Assembly: GCA_041483895.1 (NCBI GenBank)
Contig: JBGPGO010000023.1
Span: 1 to 51,739, forward strand
Source of the DNA: Fimbriimonadia bacterium
Lineage (GTDB): Bacteria > Armatimonadota > Fimbriimonadia > Fimbriimonadales > JABRVX01
DNA: 51,739 nucleotides
Direction: 5' to 3'
The position numbers were made by a program, and so were the translations under genes. Below are positions 46,950 to 51,739 of the stretch, in pieces. Below the pieces are notes generated by a model. That model was not told the origin of the DNA, made no database searches, and was given only the letters and a program-made list of their open reading frames with translations. Each line of letters opens with the position of its first letter. Within the stretch, counting starts at the first letter, position 1.

Positions 46950-47323
46950 CAAAGCAGGCAAGAGGTTTCTCCCTGATTGGAACTTTGCTCGCCGTCGTGA
47001 TCGTTGTCTGTCTCACTCTGTTCTTCGTCTACGGGGGACACTGGGGCAAAACGGAATCGCAGCGACCCGACAAGGTCGGCCACACGATCATCGGCCAATC
47101 GAAGGCGCGGGCAAACGATGCGGTCTGCATGAATCAACTCCACCAATTGCGAGAGTATGTGCAGATGCAGCAGACGAGCGAAGGGAAGAATCCGGACAGT
47201 TTCGCGCAATTTCAAGGCATTCCGAAGCAGATGTTCGTTTGTCCGATCGGCAACGAGCCCTACATGTACGATCCGAAATCCGGAACGATCAAGTGCGTCC
47301 ATCCGGGGCATGAAGGCTATTGA
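46946..47323 (+). CDS. Prepilin-like (class III signal peptide) protein
   Basis: KQARG|FSLIGTLLAVVIV; C..QL.Q, CP and C..PGH in the C-terminal part. Confidence 0.65.
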   Translation: MTKQARGFSLIGTLLAVVIVVCLTLFFVYGGHWGKTESQRPDKVGHTIIGQSKARANDAVCMNQLHQLREYVQMQQTSEGKNPDSFAQFQGIPKQMFVCPIGNEPYMYDPKSGTIKCVHPGHEGY

Positions 47324-47329
47324 GGTGGC

Positions 47330-48700
47330 ATGTTTAAGCGCGTTCTAATCGCCAATCGTGGGGAGATCGCGGTGCGCGTTATTCGGGCATGCCGCGAGCT
47401 CGGCATCGAGACTGTCGCCGTTTTTTCAGAGCCGGATCGCGATGCGCTTCACGCGCGCATGGCCGATCAGAGCGTCTGCATCGGCCCGGGTCCAAACGGC
47501 GAAAGCTATCTGGTTGATTCCAACGTCTTGATGGCCGCGCAGATTACCGGCGCGGATGCCATTCATCCCGGTTATGGCTACTTCGCCGAGAACGCTGCGT
47601 TTGTGGAGGCATGCGAGCATTTGGGTCTTATTTTCATCGGGCCGTCGTCGAAGACCATCGAACAGATGGGGGAAAAGGTGGTCGCCCGGCGCACCGCGTC
47701 CGAAGTCGGGGTGCCGGTGCCGCCGGGCACTCCCGACCCGATCTCCGACGAAGGCGAGGCGACGCAGGAGGCGGAACGTCTCGGGTATCCGATTCTGGTG
47801 AAGGCCGCGGCGGGGGGCGGCGGACGCGGTATTCGCCGCGTGGAGACCGCCGCCGAGCTGGGTCCCGCGCTTGCGACCGCCCAGAGTGAAGCCCTCGCGT
47901 CCTTCGGAAACGGTGATGTGTATCTGGAAAAGCTGCTCAGCCAGCCCCGGCATGTGGAAGTCCAGATCATGGCGGACAGGCACGGCAACGTGCAGCACAT
48001 GTTCGAGCGGGAGTGCTCGGTCCAAAATCTGCGCCATCAGAAGCTGATTGAAGAGGCGCCGTGCGCCACGATCTCCGAGCGGGTCCGGCAGAAGATGGGC
48101 GCCGATGCCGTCAAGATCGCCAAAGCCGCAAACTACCTCGGCGCCGGCACGATAGAGTTCTTAGTCGATAGGGAATCGAAACACTATTTTATCGAAATGA
48201 ACACCCGCATCCAAGTCGAGCATCCCGTGACAGAGGAGTTTCTCGGCCACGATGTGGTGAGGGAACAGATTTGCGTCGCGGCGGGCGAGAAGTTGAGCTT
48301 CACTACGGAGAAGCTGAACCGCAGCGGCCATGCGATCGAGGCCCGCGTCACATCGGAGGACCCGGACCGAGACTTTGCGCCGAGCTGCGGGATGGTGACG
48401 GAGTGGATCCAGCCGGGCGGCTTTGGCGTGCGGGTGGATACCTATGTGCATGCGGGATATGCCCTGACGCCCTTCTACGATCCGTTGATCGCCAAGGTCA
48501 TCGTGCACGCGGAAAATCGCGAGAAGGCGATCGTTCGATTGCGGCGGGCATTGGACGAATTCCACATCGGCGGCGTCAAGACGAACATACCGCTTCTCCT
48601 GCGCATCATCGATTCGGACGACTATCAATCCGGCAACTGGACGACAGAAACGCTCGGGCTGTTTTTTATGGTTGAGGCGGTGGTTGCCGGTGCCGGGTAG
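47330..48700 (+). CDS. accC: Acetyl-CoA carboxylase, biotin carboxylase subunit
   Basis: IANRGEIA, HPGYG, GGGGRG, EMNTRIQVEHPVTE. Confidence 0.95.
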   Translation: MFKRVLIANRGEIAVRVIRACRELGIETVAVFSEPDRDALHARMADQSVCIGPGPNGESYLVDSNVLMAAQITGADAIHPGYGYFAENAAFVEACEHLGLIFIGPSSKTIEQMGEKVVARRTASEVGVPVPPGTPDPISDEGEATQEAERLGYPILVKAAAGGGGRGIRRVETAAELGPALATAQSEALASFGNGDVYLEKLLSQPRHVEVQIMADRHGNVQHMFERECSVQNLRHQKLIEEAPCATISERVRQKMGADAVKIAKAANYLGAGTIEFLVDRESKHYFIEMNTRIQVEHPVTEEFLGHDVVREQICVAAGEKLSFTTEKLNRSGHAIEARVTSEDPDRDFAPSCGMVTEWIQPGGFGVRVDTYVHAGYALTPFYDPLIAKVIVHAENREKAIVRLRRALDEFHIGGVKTNIPLLLRIIDSDDYQSGNWTTETLGLFFMVEAVVAGAG

Positions 48701-49115
48701 CACGCGCCGCGCCTGCAGGGAGGTAGCGCTAAAGGCCCTTTACGAAATAGAGATAGGAAGGCAGCCTTTTGACGATGCGATTCGCCATGCGTTCGAGGAC
48801 GAAGCCATGGCCCCGTCGGCCGGAGCGTTTGCCGAAGATCTTGTCAAGGGCGTGATGGATAAGAAGGAAGAGATTGACGCCAAGCTGGCGGCGCTCTCGC
48901 ACGAATGGGCGCTGGAACGGCAGGCATGCATCGATCGCAATGCGATGAGAATTGCCGCGTACGAACTTCTCTATTGCCCAAGCACTCCGCCGGCGGTCGT
49001 CATCAACGAAGCCGTGGAGCTGGTCAAGAAATTCAGCACAAACGAATCCGGGAGGTTCGTCAACGGGGTCCTTGGCGCGCTGGCAGATTCTCTTGCGTTG
49101 GAGAGAGCGATATGA
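48690..49115 (+). CDS. nusB: Transcription antitermination factor NusB
   Basis: RR..RE.AL.ALY, INEAVELVKKF, FVNGVL. Confidence 0.94.
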   Translation: MPGSTRRACREVALKALYEIEIGRQPFDDAIRHAFEDEAMAPSAGAFAEDLVKGVMDKKEEIDAKLAALSHEWALERQACIDRNAMRIAAYELLYCPSTPPAVVINEAVELVKKFSTNESGRFVNGVLGALADSLALERAI

Positions 49116-49963
49116 GCGCGATTCGGATGGACGGCGCTGCCCTTGCCAAACAGGTGCTGGCAGAGGTCCGGCAGAGGGTCGATGCCCTCCAGAGCAAGGC
49201 GATTCGGCCCCGGCTGGATATCATCTTGGTCGGCGATGATCCCGCCTCGAACACGTATGTGAAGATGAAAAAGCGGCGGGCGGAGGAGGTCGGCATCATG
49301 GCGGCCGTTCACCATCTGCCGTCGCAGGTCACGCAGGACCAGGTGGAAGACGCCGTCCGGGCTGTGAACGCGGACCCGCACGTGCATGGGGTTTTGGTCC
49401 AGCATCCACTGCCGAAGCAGTTGCGTGAGCGGCCGGTCCTCGCCGTGTTGGACCATTCGAAGGACGTGGATGGAATTACGCCGTTTTCCTTGGGGGCTTT
49501 GGTCAGCAAGACCGACGGGTTTCGATGCGCCACACCTGCGGGAATCATGCGACTGATCGAGCATTACGAAATTCCTGTTCAGGGTAAGCACGCGGTTGTG
49601 TGCGGCCGGAGTTTCATTTTGGGACGGCCGATGGCGCTGATGTTCCTGTCCGCAAACGCCACCGTCACAATATGCCACAAATTCAGCGAGGACGTGAAGG
49701 GCCACACGCAGCGGGGCGATATCGTTGTGTGCGGCACGGGGAAAAGCGAGATGTTCCGTCGGGATTGGTTCAAGCCGGGGGCGGTGGTGATCGACGCGGG
49801 GTATAGCCGGCCGGAAGGCTACGATCACGATGTTGGGGACGTGGCGACGGAGGAGGTTTCGGAGATTGCCTCCCACATCACTCCGGTTCCGGGTGGCGTC
49901 GGCCCGATGACTGTGGCGATGCTTCTCTCCAACGTCGCCCTCGCCTGCGAAAAACTCACGTAA
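49112..49963 (+). CDS. folD: Methylenetetrahydrofolate dehydrogenase/cyclohydrolase
   Basis: VGDDPAS..YV..K, KDVDG, TPVPGGVGPMT. Confidence 0.96.
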   Translation: MSAIRMDGAALAKQVLAEVRQRVDALQSKAIRPRLDIILVGDDPASNTYVKMKKRRAEEVGIMAAVHHLPSQVTQDQVEDAVRAVNADPHVHGVLVQHPLPKQLRERPVLAVLDHSKDVDGITPFSLGALVSKTDGFRCATPAGIMRLIEHYEIPVQGKHAVVCGRSFILGRPMALMFLSANATVTICHKFSEDVKGHTQRGDIVVCGTGKSEMFRRDWFKPGAVVIDAGYSRPEGYDHDVGDVATEEVSEIASHITPVPGGVGPMTVAMLLSNVALACEKLT

Positions 49964-50064
49964 CGCTGCCTCTCAACCCCCGTAACGCTGCCTTCCAGGC
50001 GGCATTGTCTTTCCGCGGCCCCGCGGCCACAGAGGAACTATGCCGCCTGGAAGGCAGCGTTACG
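49961..50064. repeat. REP family A inverted doublet (REPIN-like) plus a partial copy at the folD stop
   Basis: CGTAACGCTGCCTTCCAGGCGGCAT (49981-50005) and its exact reverse complement (50040-50064). Confidence 0.9.
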
Positions 50065-50086
50065 TGGATTTCTGGAATGCGCCAAA

Positions 50087-50980
50087 ATGAACCCGATGAA
50101 CTTCGATCAACAGTTCAAAACATTGCGCAACGAGATCGACAGCTTTCTAGACACCGTCCTCCCGTCAGAAAAAACGCCGCCGCAGCGATTGCACCAGGCC
50201 ATGCGCTACTCGGCCCTCGCGCCGGGGAAACGCATTCGCCCGCTGCTCTGCATGGCGGCGGTGGAGGCATGCGGCGGAGACCCGAAAACCGTATTGCACA
50301 CAGCATGCGCTCTCGAATGCATCCACGCGTTCTCCCTCATCCACGACGATCTGCCCGCCCTCGACAACGACGACCTCCGCAGAGGCCGACCGACCTGCCA
50401 CAAAGAGTTTGGCGAAGCGATGGCGATCCTGGCCGGTGATGCATTGCTTGCCTTCGCCTTCTATCTGATTGCACAGAACCGATCGACGGCAACCGATACC
50501 GCCGTCGTGCAGGTTCTGCGGCTCATTTCCCAGGCCAGCGGAACCAACGGCATGGTTGGCGGCCAGGTGGCGGACATCGAGGCGGAAGGCGAGGAGCCAA
50601 CGGAATATCTGGTGGATATGATTCATGCCCGCAAAACCGGTGCGCTGATCATGGCATCGGTCGTTTCCGGGGGTTATCTTGCGGATGCCTCAGGAGATCA
50701 GATCGATTCGCTCCGGTCGTTCGGCAGGCTGATCGGCAAGGCCTTTCAGGTCGCGGACGACGTGCTCAACGCGACGGGCGACGAGGAGGCGATGGGAAAG
50801 CCGGTCGGCAGCGATGTTAGGCGCAAGAAAGCGACCTATGTGGCCCTGTATGGTAGCGAGGGTGCGAAACGCCGGGCAGAGGAGCTTCATCAGCAGGCCC
50901 TCGCCTGCTTGGAACCGTTTGGGTCAAAGTCGAAGAGGTTGCGGTCGTTGGCCCAATATGCCGTTGACCGGGAGAGTTAG
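50087..50980 (+). CDS. ispA: Farnesyl/geranylgeranyl diphosphate synthase
   Basis: GKRIRP, SLIHDDLPALDNDDLRRGRPT, KTGAL, FQVADD. Confidence 0.93.
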   Translation: MNPMNFDQQFKTLRNEIDSFLDTVLPSEKTPPQRLHQAMRYSALAPGKRIRPLLCMAAVEACGGDPKTVLHTACALECIHAFSLIHDDLPALDNDDLRRGRPTCHKEFGEAMAILAGDALLAFAFYLIAQNRSTATDTAVVQVLRLISQASGTNGMVGGQVADIEAEGEEPTEYLVDMIHARKTGALIMASVVSGGYLADASGDQIDSLRSFGRLIGKAFQVADDVLNATGDEEAMGKPVGSDVRRKKATYVALYGSEGAKRRAEELHQQALACLEPFGSKSKRLRSLAQYAVDRES

Positions 50981-50999
50981 AGCCGATAGTGCCGTAGTG

Positions 51000-51266
51000 T
51001 CAACTTGGCAATGCGGTTGATTCTCTTCGCTCCAAATCATCCGCGGTGGGTTCCGGAATGGGCCGGTTGGTATCGCGTAGCCACTGCAGCAACTCACCAT
51101 AAATCGAAGCCAAGACTGCGACCGCCTCATCTTCCGTATCGCCGGCGCCGCGGAATAGGTCCTGCCCCAACGTCGGAATGGTAGCAAGCCAAGTTGTCTC
51201 ATCGTACATGCTGACCTCGATCCGGTAGGGGATCGATCTCACAAACCTTGCGGTCTTTGCGTCCAT
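51000..51266 (-). CDS. HicB-like antitoxin (no DNA-binding domain)
   Basis: YRIEV...WLATIPTL...GAGDTEDEA...L..L...RPIPEP. Confidence 0.7.
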   Translation of the reverse strand: MDAKTARFVRSIPYRIEVSMYDETTWLATIPTLGQDLFRGAGDTEDEAVAVLASIYGELLQWLRDTNRPIPEPTADDLERRESTALPS

Positions 51267-51281
51267 TGATAAGTCCTCATT

Positions 51282-51599
51282 TCACAGTAGCCTCTCAAGG
51301 CCTGGGTCCCTCTTGATTGCACGGTCTCTGTTTGCAGGCTCCATTGTCCGCAAGACATCTCGCAACTCGTAAAGCCGCTCTATATACTGCAATACGTCCT
51401 TAACGTATACCGGTTTCACTTGGTTCTTGTGGCAGACGACGCTAAAACTGTCCTTCTTCCACGCTTGACGAATGATTTGCTCACGAATTTCTACAATCCA
51501 GAGATGGCTGCCGGAAGATCGCCCCGTGCTGCCCGCGAGCAAAGGATGCGACAAAAGTGTTGATGCCTGCTGGCGACTAATCGATCCTAACCTTGCTCC
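51282..51599 (-). pseudogene. HicA-like toxin, 5' end cut by an IS
   Basis: SSGSH and VKPVYVKDVL motifs, upstream of the hicB-like gene. The frame is open up to the IS end with no ATG. Confidence 0.5.
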
Positions 51600-51739
51600 T
51601 GGCCTGCCCCGATTTTTTGATCCAATTCAAAGATTAGTCTTTTCCTCGTGATTGTAACCCGGCCGCATACGTCGCGGGCTCCAGATAGCCAAGCGACGAA
51701 TGCGGACGCTCCTCGTTGTAGAACCTCCGGAAGCATACA
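51600..51739 (-). mobile_element. IS3-family element, right end (transposase C-terminus and terminal inverted repeat)
   Basis: Minus strand reads FYNEERPHSSLGYLEP...KD* (stop 51634-51636), then TTGGATCAAAAAATCGGGGCAGGCCA ending in CA at 51600. Confidence 0.82.

Overview
GC-rich bacterial chromosomal window. The lineage is probably Armatimonadota, inferred from repeated C-terminal dockerin-like tails and the gene content; it is not proven. Housekeeping content: S9 peptidase, an orphan nuoG, radical SAM, purN/acpS, trxB, aroQ-pepP, tRNA-Tyr/tRNA-Thr-rpmG running into a his operon with a HisA-HisI-HisE fusion, arsR-arsM, glycoside hydrolases, mcsA-mcsB-clpC, and efp-accB-like-accC-nusB-folD-ispA. 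The best candidate for an undescribed system is a lower-GC three-gene cassette at 18.1-19.8 kb (TIGR04255-like protein, antitoxin-like protein, ADP-ribosyltransferase-like protein) that resembles a chaperone-antitoxin-toxin defence module. Other oddities: a BCCP-like protein lacking the biotin lysine next to accC; a Cys-to-Ser McsB behind a Schlafen/AlbA_2 + ParA pair where ctsR normally sits; palindromic repeats translated inside hisF and a Trm112 gene; a diverged duplicate of the arsM 3' end bracketing 4.5 kb; several REP families that supply stop codons; and an IS3-family end truncating a hicA-like toxin at the right edge. All family assignments come from motif recognition by eye; no searches were run.
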